This document shows, piece by piece, positions 18,732 to 27,010 of a DNA stretch of 64,000 nucleotides. Made by a program: the position numbers and the translations under genes. Each line of letters opens with the position of its first letter. The first letter of the stretch is position 1. The notes beneath the pieces are model-generated. The model had not been told where the DNA came from. It did not search any database and saw only the letters and a list, made by a program, of their open reading frames with translations. This DNA comes from Candidatus Sulfotelmatobacter sp. (GTDB lineage Bacteria; Acidobacteriota; Terriglobia; Terriglobales; Acidobacteriaceae). The DNA lies in contig DATBEI010000059.1 in NCBI GenBank assembly GCA_036269595.1, forward strand, positions 1,032-65,031, written 5' to 3'.

Positions 18732-19529
18732 TCAACGTGCTTTCGGACCGGTGGGGTACTTTTTCGAAAGGTCCTTAACGAGTTCGTCTGGAGGATTGCC
18801 CCCTTTACACGTCGGGTGTCCAAAGCCGCTCGGGCTATTGTTGTTCGACCAGTCGAGAATCATGTTGTCGTTGTGATCTGGAGAGGGCCCCATGGGCACT
18901 GCGTCCAGCCGCAATTCATGGCGGACCTTCCACGCGATGATATGGTCTGCGCACGAAGTGTCACCGCTCAGACCGAGACCGCCGACGATTTTTCCCTTGG
19001 AGTCATAAAGGGGCAAGCCGCCCCCAAAGACGATCACTCCGCCAATCGGCTTTCCGACCATAGGGTCGTCGGGCGTGCCAAATGACGTTGCGAGCCCGAA
19101 CACAGCTTGAGCATTGGGAGGGGCGCTGGTCGTGAGACTGTAAAGACTCTGTCCGGGTTGTGCCGCCGCAAAAAGATTGGCAGTGGACAGCGCATAGTCC
19201 GAGGAACTGAGAGCATTTGCTGTATTGGCTTTTTCGGCGGCGATGGCACGACTGCCAGGCCACTGCTGCCCGCGATCGTTACCGCTGAACACGACTGCGC
19301 AGACAATGCCGTCGCGGTTGACCGTGACGGCCCATTCCTGATTTCCCAATCCGCTGTTGCCTGTCGCGCCTTCCTTGATCACAGACTGAAGTACGCTGCG
19401 CAATTTGGAATGATCGGGGAGTGCCGAGCAATCCGGTTTAGATTGCGCGATTCCCGGCAGAGGTAACAGCAACGCGGAGCAGGCAACTAGAATCGTCCGA
19501 AGTTTATGACAGTTGAGAGAAGTTAACAT
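18732..19529 (-). CDS. Secreted long-form GlcG/DUF336 domain protein, paralogue 2
   Basis: Roughly 60% identical by eye to the 17170-17952 product (NRDGIVCAVVFSG, GSRAIAAEKANTANALS, GGVIVFGGGLPLY, SGDTSCADHIIAW). I trimmed the ORF to ATG 19529, 13 nt after the coxII stop. Confidence 0.7.
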   Translation of the reverse strand: MLTSLNCHKLRTILVACSALLLPLPGIAQSKPDCSALPDHSKLRSVLQSVIKEGATGNSGLGNQEWAVTVNRDGIVCAVVFSGNDRGQQWPGSRAIAAEKANTANALSSSDYALSTANLFAAAQPGQSLYSLTTSAPPNAQAVFGLATSFGTPDDPMVGKPIGGVIVFGGGLPLYDSKGKIVGGLGLSGDTSCADHIIAWKVRHELRLDAVPMGPSPDHNDNMILDWSNNNSPSGFGHPTCKGGNPPDELVKDLSKKYPTGPKAR

Positions 19530-19542
19530 GTTGAACCTTTCT

Positions 19543-20547
19543 TCATCGAAGTTGTCGCAGGTAAGCAACCAGATCCCGCAACTGCTGACCGTTGAACTGC
19601 GTGAGGTTAGGCATCGCGGCCCCCGGTTTAAGGGACTGAGCGTGAGTGACCCAGGCCTCGAGGTATGCATCGTTATTCGGGTATGAGTTGGCCGCAATAT
19701 TGATGCGGCTAGCGATATGAGTCAGGTCGGGCGCCACCCGGCCTCCAGCCAGGGTTCCGCGAACCTGGTGACACATGGAACAGGGTCCGGCCATGAAAGT
19801 CTGCTCGCCGCGTCGAGCCTCCTCGGTGGTTGGTTCTGTGGCGGACTGTCTTTGGCCCTGAACCCACGCATCGTAATCGGAAGATTCTTGCGCAACCACC
19901 ACGAGCCTCATGTGCGCGTGCTGCGCGCCACAGTATTCGGCGCACGTCCCGGTGTAGATTCCTGGCTGGTCAGCTTCGATGCGGATGAAGTTCGGATGGT
20001 CCGGAATCAGATCCACCTTGCCATGCAAGGTCGGGACCCAAAAAGAATGGATGACATCCAGCGAACGCAATTCAATATCGACGGGTTGACCAACGGGGAT
20101 GTGGATTTCGTTTGCCGTAGTAAATCGCTGGGCGGGAGCACCGAGATACTGGACCTCCCACCACCACTGCCGGCCAATAATGGCGATCTCTGGATGCAAG
20201 TCATGATGATGAACATCGTGGACGGGAAAACTGGCCATCAATTTCAATCCAAGAATGAACAGAACACAAAGTACGCTTAGAGGGAAGGCGAGACCTCCCC
20301 ACGCAATCCAGCCTTGGCCGCCTCCCACATCGACCGGTTCGTGTTCTGCGAGGGTGCCCCGTCTGCGAGACATGGCCCAAGTAAGCAAAATCCACATGAC
20401 GATGCTGATCGCGAGAAACAGAATCAGCATCAGCCATGACAGGTGAGCGATCTTGTCGGCCGCTGGACCTTTGGGATAAAGCGTAGACTGAGACCGCTGG
20501 CAGCCCGAGAGTAGTAACAACATCGAAATGGACCAGAGGCGCTTCAT
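19543..20547 (-). CDS. Cytochrome c oxidase subunit II (second set) with fused C-terminal cytochrome c domain
   Basis: Lipobox LLLSGC, CuA site HSFWVPTLHGK ... CAEYCGAQHAHM, C-terminal CSMCH. Trimmed to ATG 20547. Confidence 0.9.
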   Translation of the reverse strand: MKRLWSISMLLLLSGCQRSQSTLYPKGPAADKIAHLSWLMLILFLAISIVMWILLTWAMSRRRGTLAEHEPVDVGGGQGWIAWGGLAFPLSVLCVLFILGLKLMASFPVHDVHHHDLHPEIAIIGRQWWWEVQYLGAPAQRFTTANEIHIPVGQPVDIELRSLDVIHSFWVPTLHGKVDLIPDHPNFIRIEADQPGIYTGTCAEYCGAQHAHMRLVVVAQESSDYDAWVQGQRQSATEPTTEEARRGEQTFMAGPCSMCHQVRGTLAGGRVAPDLTHIASRINIAANSYPNNDAYLEAWVTHAQSLKPGAAMPNLTQFNGQQLRDLVAYLRQLR

Positions 20548-20552
20548 CTTTT

Positions 20553-21074
20553 CTAGTCCTTCTGCGCTGAGTGGCCCGGGTGAGTGATCGCGGGTTGCGC
20601 CACTTCTTCGTGCTCGGGCATTCGCGGAGGTTCCGGTTCCTGCGCCGTCCTCATTGACTTGATGTAGGTAACTAATTTCCAAATTTGATCTTCTGGAATT
20701 TTGCTGCCCCACGAAGGCATTCCATGCCCGCGTCCTGCAGCAATCGAATCGAAGATTTGATCGTCGCGTTCCCCGAAAAGCCAGACTTGGTCACGCAGGC
20801 TGGGGCCCATCCCGCCGCCCGCGTGGCCACCGTGACAACCGGAGCAGTTGTACCAATTGAAAAGTTTTCGTCCTTCCTGCAGAGCAACCGGATCGTTGGC
20901 GAAGGGATTGCTGCGGAACTTGACGTTGCTCCCGGCGCCCGGGATCGGACCTACTGCGGTCGGCACAGGCGCGGGACTGCTCTCAGGGGCGGCAGGTGCC
21001 GAATATTCCTGGCATCCTCCGCCAGCCAGTAATAGCGACAATACAATCCCCGCAATAAGATCTTGTACTTGCAT
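20553..21074 (-). CDS. Monohaem c-type cytochrome lipoprotein (XoxG-like position)
   Basis: LLLAGGGC lipobox and an NCSGCHGGHAGGGMGP haem site. The start is ATG 21074 or GTG 21098. Confidence 0.8.
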   Translation of the reverse strand: MQVQDLIAGIVLSLLLAGGGCQEYSAPAAPESSPAPVPTAVGPIPGAGSNVKFRSNPFANDPVALQEGRKLFNWYNCSGCHGGHAGGGMGPSLRDQVWLFGERDDQIFDSIAAGRGHGMPSWGSKIPEDQIWKLVTYIKSMRTAQEPEPPRMPEHEEVAQPAITHPGHSAQKD

Positions 21075-21085
21075 GTTGGAGCACC

Positions 21086-21907
21086 TCATTTTTGGCACTG
21101 CCCCCCCTGAGCGCTCACCAAGGGCACGGAGTACGAGTCGAGCAGGTGCCGAATGTCGGAACGGTGGCGGGCTATGAAACTATTTAGCTTGTCGCGGAGC
21201 GCGTCATTGCCACGCCGCACTCCCATGGAGATATCGAACGAAAGTGGAATCTGCTGATCTAGAGGGGAAGGGCAGACCGGAGTAGCTTCCAAAGGGGCGG
21301 AAGAGCGGTTGGCAAAATAGCCACCCAAGGGTCCCCACACAACCGCAACATCAATTGTCTTGTCAGCAACGGCGCGCACGATATCGCCGGCCGGGTTCTG
21401 TTCCGAAAGCTTGCCAAAGATGTCGTACCCTTCAAGGTTTCCGACAAGACCTCGCTTCAGCAGAGCGGTTGTAGACGGCACACGATCGTCATTCTCTCCG
21501 GTCACATGAACTCCTATGCGGAGACTTTTGAGCTGCGGATCGTCGAAAGAACGAATATGCAGACCTCGATCGCGACGCGACACAAACACGTAGATCGAGC
21601 GGTAATAAGGGACCGTAGTGCTGGCTACGTCAATGCCAGTGGGAACTTCCATCACTACATCGCAAGCGCCCGCGAGTAGAGTGTTGCGAAAGAATTTGTG
21701 GCGCTGAGGGAACCAGAAATACGAAAGGCTCACGCCCAGGTCACGAGCGACCAATTGCGCCAGTTCGTTCTCAAAACCTTGTTGTTGTTGATTCGAGTAA
21801 GGCAGATTGTTGGGGTCGGCACAAACGCGCAGCTCCGCCGTGGCAGCGACCAGCGGTGCAGCACAGCAAAAGAAAAAGGCGAGCAGACTCTTAGTAGCCG
21901 AAGACAT
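21086..21907 (-). CDS. xoxJ: MoxJ/XoxJ-like periplasmic binding protein associated with quinoprotein dehydrogenases
   Basis: ELRVCADPNNLPYSNQQQQGFENELAQLVARDLG matches the N-terminal signature of the quinoprotein-dehydrogenase-associated SBP family. Overlaps the xoxF stop by 17 nt. Confidence 0.8.
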   Translation of the reverse strand: MSSATKSLLAFFFCCAAPLVAATAELRVCADPNNLPYSNQQQQGFENELAQLVARDLGVSLSYFWFPQRHKFFRNTLLAGACDVVMEVPTGIDVASTTVPYYRSIYVFVSRRDRGLHIRSFDDPQLKSLRIGVHVTGENDDRVPSTTALLKRGLVGNLEGYDIFGKLSEQNPAGDIVRAVADKTIDVAVVWGPLGGYFANRSSAPLEATPVCPSPLDQQIPLSFDISMGVRRGNDALRDKLNSFIARHRSDIRHLLDSYSVPLVSAQGGQCQK

Positions 21908-23702
21908 AGAGTGCGCCTCCGGGACTGGTCATCTGTTTAATCTTCTTCATGGCTCCTACCACGCCCAGGGCAGCGTAGTCGTCGTCGGTTGAAACACTGG
22001 GAAGCGCTACCGCTCCCATCCAGCCGCCGATGCCGACATAGATCGCGACGTACTGTTTACCGTCAGGACCGAGAAATGTCATGGGATTGCCGATGATGCC
22101 CGAGCTAAGTTTCATCTGCCACAAAACGTTTCCGCTGCGTGCGTCCAATGCTCGGAAGTAGCCGTCCATCGTCCCGTAAAAGACAACGTCTCCAGCAGTA
22201 GCAAGTACGCCGCTGTAAACAGGCAGGTCGGCCTCTTTGACGCTCCAGACCTTCTTGGCATTTGCGACGTCCCAGGCAATCAACTCGCCCTGGTATCCAC
22301 CGGGACCGGGATACATACGAACACTGGCACCTAGGTAAGGAGTGCCTGCGATGTAATTCACGTCTTCCCCTGAATAATCCATGCACGTGTTGTGCGCAGG
22401 GATATAGAGATAGCCGGTCTTCGGCGAGAAGGACGACGGCACAAACTCTTTACCGCCGGTCGAGGAAGGACAGACCCCTCGGGCGTAGTGATTGGTGTGG
22501 GGACGCTTATCCGGATTCTCGATCGGAAGACCAGTTTTCAGGTCGTAGCCTTTTGCCCACGTAACCGGTTCGAAGTTTTCAGCCGAGAGCACCTCACCGG
22601 TTTCGCGATCGAGCACGAATACGAAGCCGGTGCGACCGGGATGGATGAGCAGTTTTCGAGTCTTGCCTTGCCAAGGCATGTCGACGAGAACGTTCTCCAT
22701 AATCTCGTCGTAGTCCCAGCCATCGTGAGGCTCAATTTGGTAAGCCCATTTCGCGTCACCGGTTTCAGGATTGCGCGCCCAGATAGTAATCGACCATTTG
22801 TTGTCGCCGGGACGCATGTCATCGTTCCAGACGCCGGGATTACCCGTTCCGTAATAGATGAGATTGAGTTCCGGATCGTAGGAAATCCAGCCCCAGATCG
22901 TCCCGCCGCCCAAGCGCCACTGGTCTGGAGTCCACGACGTCACGCCGAGGTCTTTGCCGCGATCTTTCTGATAAAAGGGCTTAAAGTCAGGACCGATGCG
23001 AGCGTCGCTGTCAGGACCACTATTGAAGGCACGCCACAGAATTTTGCCCGACTTAAGATCAAGCGCGGTCAGTTTGCCCCGCACTCCCAACTCTGCGCCA
23101 CTGTCTCCCACTAGAACGACATCCTTGACGACGATGGGAGCCATCGTGATGGTTTCACCTAGGTCGGTATCTCCGACTTTGGTTTTCCACACGAGTTGAC
23201 CGGACTTGGCGTCGACCGCGACCGTATTTGCGTCGAGGGTGTTGTAAATGATTTTTCCATCGGCGTAGCTGGCGCCACGGTTCACCACATCACAACACGC
23301 GATGCCCACTGATCGTTGATCGGGATTCGGTTCGAACTTCCATTTCATCGGATAGCCGGGCTTAGTCAAATCGAGCGCGATCAGGTAATTGGGGAACGGC
23401 GTGACCATATATAAAGTGTTGTCCACAACAAGCGGCCCACCCTCATGGCCGTGGGGGATCCCGTCCGCCATCTCGCCAACTATGTGGAGATTCTTGACGT
23501 TGCCGGTATTGATTTGGGAGAGAGGACTGAAGCGAGTGTTCGCGTAGTCGCCCGCGGGCATTGTCCATTCCCCTGTCGGCAGCGGGCTGACCAGGTGGAT
23601 GCCAGCCTGCGATCCCGGAACTTCAGTCGGACTGGGCGCATTTTGCCCTATCAGCGGGATCACCATACAGAGAATGAAAAGAAAACCGTTAACAATACGC
23701 AT
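21891..23702 (-). CDS. xoxF: PQQ-dependent methanol/ethanol-family dehydrogenase, XoxF-type (lanthanide signature)
   Basis: Signal peptide, vicinal Cys pair (GIACCDVV), SGAELGVRG, WGWISYDPELN, and the WDYDE motif. The DYD codons are gac tac gac at 22707-22715. Confidence 0.9.
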   Translation of the reverse strand: MRIVNGFLFILCMVIPLIGQNAPSPTEVPGSQAGIHLVSPLPTGEWTMPAGDYANTRFSPLSQINTGNVKNLHIVGEMADGIPHGHEGGPLVVDNTLYMVTPFPNYLIALDLTKPGYPMKWKFEPNPDQRSVGIACCDVVNRGASYADGKIIYNTLDANTVAVDAKSGQLVWKTKVGDTDLGETITMAPIVVKDVVLVGDSGAELGVRGKLTALDLKSGKILWRAFNSGPDSDARIGPDFKPFYQKDRGKDLGVTSWTPDQWRLGGGTIWGWISYDPELNLIYYGTGNPGVWNDDMRPGDNKWSITIWARNPETGDAKWAYQIEPHDGWDYDEIMENVLVDMPWQGKTRKLLIHPGRTGFVFVLDRETGEVLSAENFEPVTWAKGYDLKTGLPIENPDKRPHTNHYARGVCPSSTGGKEFVPSSFSPKTGYLYIPAHNTCMDYSGEDVNYIAGTPYLGASVRMYPGPGGYQGELIAWDVANAKKVWSVKEADLPVYSGVLATAGDVVFYGTMDGYFRALDARSGNVLWQMKLSSGIIGNPMTFLGPDGKQYVAIYVGIGGWMGAVALPSVSTDDDYAALGVVGAMKKIKQMTSPGGALYVFGY

Positions 23703-23720
23703 GGCATCGCTCCATCGTGA

Positions 23721-24101
23721 CTAGCGCAGCGTGTATAAATACGCGGCTGCGTCCCTTGCCTGTTTGTTGCTCAAGCCCAACTTCGGCATGGCTGTTCCCG
23801 CTTCCACCGCGGGCGGATTCTCGATCCAATGAATGAGATTGTCGGGAGTATTCGGCAACTCTCCGGCAATCATGGTGCGTCGACTAAAGAAATACAGCGG
23901 CGGTCCGACTACCCCGTTTGCCGCATGAATTCCCGGGATCGTGTGGCACGCGCCGCAACCGTAGGACTCGATTACTTTGCGTCCCTCTCGCGCATCGCCC
24001 CCAGTCGCGACGCTGTAAGGGGACGGCATCCTGCCGCCTGTGCAGGCCGTTAGTAGCAGAACCTGTAAGCCGCAGATGGTCGCCATCAGGCCTGACTTCA
24101 T
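23721..24101 (-). CDS. Small monohaem c-type cytochrome lipoprotein
   Basis: LLLTAC lipobox, CGACH site, distal Met region GTAMPK. 4-nt overlap with the upstream gene. Confidence 0.8.
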   Translation of the reverse strand: MKSGLMATICGLQVLLLTACTGGRMPSPYSVATGGDAREGRKVIESYGCGACHTIPGIHAANGVVGPPLYFFSRRTMIAGELPNTPDNLIHWIENPPAVEAGTAMPKLGLSNKQARDAAAYLYTLR

Positions 24102-24508
24102 CTTGCCCTCACACAGAGATCGATAATGAGCAGGGGCAGACCGAGCCAGATAATCCCAATTCCCAGGGTGGCGCTGATGAAAACGCCTGCCAGCGCCATA
24201 TATTCTTGGCGGCCACGCCCTTCGGCGTTAGAAAGGTCTCTTTCGCGCGAGAGTTCGCGCCAATTGCGAAATGAGATTGCGCCGGCCACTACCGCCGTAA
24301 TCAGGAGAGCAAGAGTAAATATCAAGTAGATGATGCGGAAGCCGGGTTCAATATGGGCCCCGCCGTATTGCTCTTTTCCCAAACATGCCTGCCAAGTAAT
24401 CAGAAGGTCGATAATTCCCAGCGCGATCCACGACGCGGCTGATCCGGCAAAGCCGAACCAGAGACGTCCGGGAGAGATACGTTGGCGGGTGTTGATCTGA
24501 TCGTTCAT
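24098..24508 (-). CDS. Small membrane protein (about 4 TM), possible oxidase accessory/subunit-IV-like
   Basis: 136-aa hydrophobic ORF wedged between subunit III and the cytochrome c gene. No motif recognised. Confidence 0.5.
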   Translation of the reverse strand: MNDQINTRQRISPGRLWFGFAGSAASWIALGIIDLLITWQACLGKEQYGGAHIEPGFRIIYLIFTLALLITAVVAGAISFRNWRELSRERDLSNAEGRGRQEYMALAGVFISATLGIGIIWLGLPLLIIDLCVRAR

Positions 24509-24512
24509 GCTT

Positions 24513-25106
24513 TTAAAAATGCGGTCCTACATAGAGGATCGCGACTACAAAAATCCAGACAACATCGACGAAGTGCCAGTACATCGCAGCGACGTGATAT
24601 GGGCGATAGGGCGATTCGGCGACTGGCGCGTAACGCGGCAGAATCAGCACATAGATCAAAATCAAAAGACCTACGATCACGTGGGCCGCATGAAAACTGG
24701 TGATGGTATAGAAAATCGACCCGTAAGAATCGGTGTACGGGGTTAAGCGCTCCCAATGCTCGCGGTAATCAAATGCCGACAGAGTCAAGAAACCAAGTCC
24801 AATCACGATGGTGAGTGCCAAGGCAATTCGCGCAGATAGATACCTTTCCTTCTTCAGTTGCCGCTCTCCCCAATGCAGCACCAGGCTGCTAACAAGGAGC
24901 ACTGCGAGCATGGGCAGGGCGAAGTGCAACTTCGGCAACTCCTCAATTCTCCATCGATCCTTGTTGCTGCCCAGCATGAAATAACTGACAAATAGCGCGA
25001 GAAAGAGAAACGCCTCCGTCAGAATCGTCAGCATCATCCCGTAGGAGCCGCGCTCGGCTTCCAGTGGAAGAATCAGTCGGCGTGTGGGAACGGCCACCGT
25101 GCTCAT
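24513..25106 (-). CDS. Cytochrome c oxidase subunit III (second set)
   Basis: 197 aa, C-terminal HVAAMYWHFVDVVWIFVV motif. ATGA overlap with subunit I (25103-25106). Confidence 0.9.
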   Translation of the reverse strand: MSTVAVPTRRLILPLEAERGSYGMMLTILTEAFLFLALFVSYFMLGSNKDRWRIEELPKLHFALPMLAVLLVSSLVLHWGERQLKKERYLSARIALALTIVIGLGFLTLSAFDYREHWERLTPYTDSYGSIFYTITSFHAAHVIVGLLILIYVLILPRYAPVAESPYRPYHVAAMYWHFVDVVWIFVVAILYVGPHF

Positions 25107-27010
25107 GCAAATTCTCCCTCTGGTTCAGCCTCGCTCGGTGGAGTCGGTTTCGGCCACAGCCAGTAGTAAGCGGTAAACAAAATGGCCAATACTCCGGCCA
25201 GCGCTACCCACATCCATTGAAAGACAAGTGCGATGAATAACAGCATCAGCGACAACGCGTTGAGTAATGGTGCAATCGTGTCCTCCGGCATCTTCATGAT
25301 CGACTGCGGCTCGGCGTCCAGCCATGAACTGGAAAGGGTCAGCCGGCCCTCATCGAGGACGCGTTCGTTGTTTGGGTCATACTCTTCGTCATGGTCATCC
25401 CAGAGCGGATGGCGCGAGCGGACGGTTGGAATATGGACGGTTGCGTAGGGCGCGGGCGGAGAATCCGTTTCCCATTCCAGTGAATCCGCGTTCCATGGAT
25501 TCTTGCCTGCAATCTTTCCCGTACGGAGGCTTTGAAAGAAGTTAACGATGCTGAGCAAAATACCGGTGCCGAAGATGAATGCGCCGACGGTCGCGGTCAT
25601 ATTCAGCCCATCCAGTCCTAACCCAGCGGGATACGTATAGATGCGGCGCGGCATGCCCCCTAATCCCGCGAGATGCATGGGAAAGAAGGCCAAGTTGAAA
25701 CCCACGAACATGATCCAGAAGCTCCATTTGCCGAGTTGCTCGCTCAACATTCGTCCGGTCATTTTAGGAAGCCAATAATAGAGAGCTGCAAAAACGGGAA
25801 ACACGTTCGCCCCGATCAGCACGTAATGGAGGTGAGCTACCACGAAATAGGTATCGTGCACCTGCCAATCGACCGGAATAATTGCCGTGAAAATTCCGTT
25901 CAGCCCGCCGATCACCAGCAGAGCTATGAATCCCGCCGCGAAGTGCATAGCAGCTGTGGCAACCGGCCGGCCCTTCCAGATGGTAGCAATCCAGCAAAAC
26001 ACTTGTACCGCGCTGAAAATGGAAATGGTCATGCTGCCGGCACTGAAAAAACTCATGGCCATGTCAGTCATTCCAACGGCAAACATGTGGTGAAACCAGA
26101 CCCCAAAACCAACGACACCGGTCAAAACGGTCGAGATGGCGACATAGGGATAGCCCACAATCGGCCGCCGCGAGAACACTGGAATGATCATCGATGCCAT
26201 TCCGGTCGCAGGCAGGAAAATCACATATACCCACGGGTGGCCAAAAAACCAGAACAACTGTTGCCACAGCAACGCGTCCCCACCCCAGCGCGCGTCGAAG
26301 AAGTGAGTGCCCCAGCGCCGGTCCAGTTCGAGGAAGACGCAATCCGCGGTCAATGCAGGCAGTGACATCAGGATCGCGAAGGAGATCGTCAGAGTGCTGT
26401 ATAGGAACAGCGGCATGCGGCTGATCGTCATGCCGGGAGCACGCAGGCGAAAGATGGACACTATGAAATTTATCGCCCCAACAGTTGTTGAGATCGTGAG
26501 GAAAATAAGCGCAAGGGCATAAAAATCCATGCCGTAACCCGGGGAATAGCGAAGATTGGTGTAGGGCACGTAGGCAAACCAGCCACCGTGTGGCGATTGC
26601 CCCATAAAAGCACTGACGTACAACAGGATGCCGGAAAGCAGGAAAGTCCAATAGGAAAATGCGTTCAATCGAGGAAACGCCATGTCCCGTGCGCCGATCA
26701 TCAACGGGATCAAATAATTTGCGAAGCCGGAGAGGATGGGCGAGGCATACCAGAAAATCATGGTCATGCCATGCATCGTGAAAAGCTGGTTGTACGCTTC
26801 GGGCGTTAACCACGACTGATCGGAGCGCGCTAGCTGGATGCGCATGATCAGAGCCTCGACGCCGCCAATGATGAGAAAGATGAAAGCGGTGGCGAGGTAG
26901 CGATGCCCGATTTCCTTGTGGTCGACAGTGGAGAGCCATCCGTAGAGAGTCTTCGGCGTTTCCCAGATTTCTCGCAGCCGCTCCTGAACAGCGGGATTGC
27001 TGACGCTCAT
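25103..27010 (-). CDS. Haem-copper oxidase subunit I (second set), divergent, with a C-terminal 2-TM extension
   Basis: GARDMAFPRLN, FFGHPWVYVIFLP, WFHHMF, VVAHLHYV. Trimmed to ATG 27010 (MSVSNPAVQERL...), giving 635 aa. The extra C-terminal helices are LLNALSLMLLFIALVF and VALAGVLAILFTAYYWL. Confidence 0.9.
   Translation of the reverse strand: MSVSNPAVQERLREIWETPKTLYGWLSTVDHKEIGHRYLATAFIFLIIGGVEALIMRIQLARSDQSWLTPEAYNQLFTMHGMTMIFWYASPILSGFANYLIPLMIGARDMAFPRLNAFSYWTFLLSGILLYVSAFMGQSPHGGWFAYVPYTNLRYSPGYGMDFYALALIFLTISTTVGAINFIVSIFRLRAPGMTISRMPLFLYSTLTISFAILMSLPALTADCVFLELDRRWGTHFFDARWGGDALLWQQLFWFFGHPWVYVIFLPATGMASMIIPVFSRRPIVGYPYVAISTVLTGVVGFGVWFHHMFAVGMTDMAMSFFSAGSMTISIFSAVQVFCWIATIWKGRPVATAAMHFAAGFIALLVIGGLNGIFTAIIPVDWQVHDTYFVVAHLHYVLIGANVFPVFAALYYWLPKMTGRMLSEQLGKWSFWIMFVGFNLAFFPMHLAGLGGMPRRIYTYPAGLGLDGLNMTATVGAFIFGTGILLSIVNFFQSLRTGKIAGKNPWNADSLEWETDSPPAPYATVHIPTVRSRHPLWDDHDEEYDPNNERVLDEGRLTLSSSWLDAEPQSIMKMPEDTIAPLLNALSLMLLFIALVFQWMWVALAGVLAILFTAYYWLWPKPTPPSEAEPEGEFA

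Noticed and set aside
22392-23114. 240-aa plus-strand ORF
   Set aside because: It lies antisense within xoxF and is a shadow ORF.
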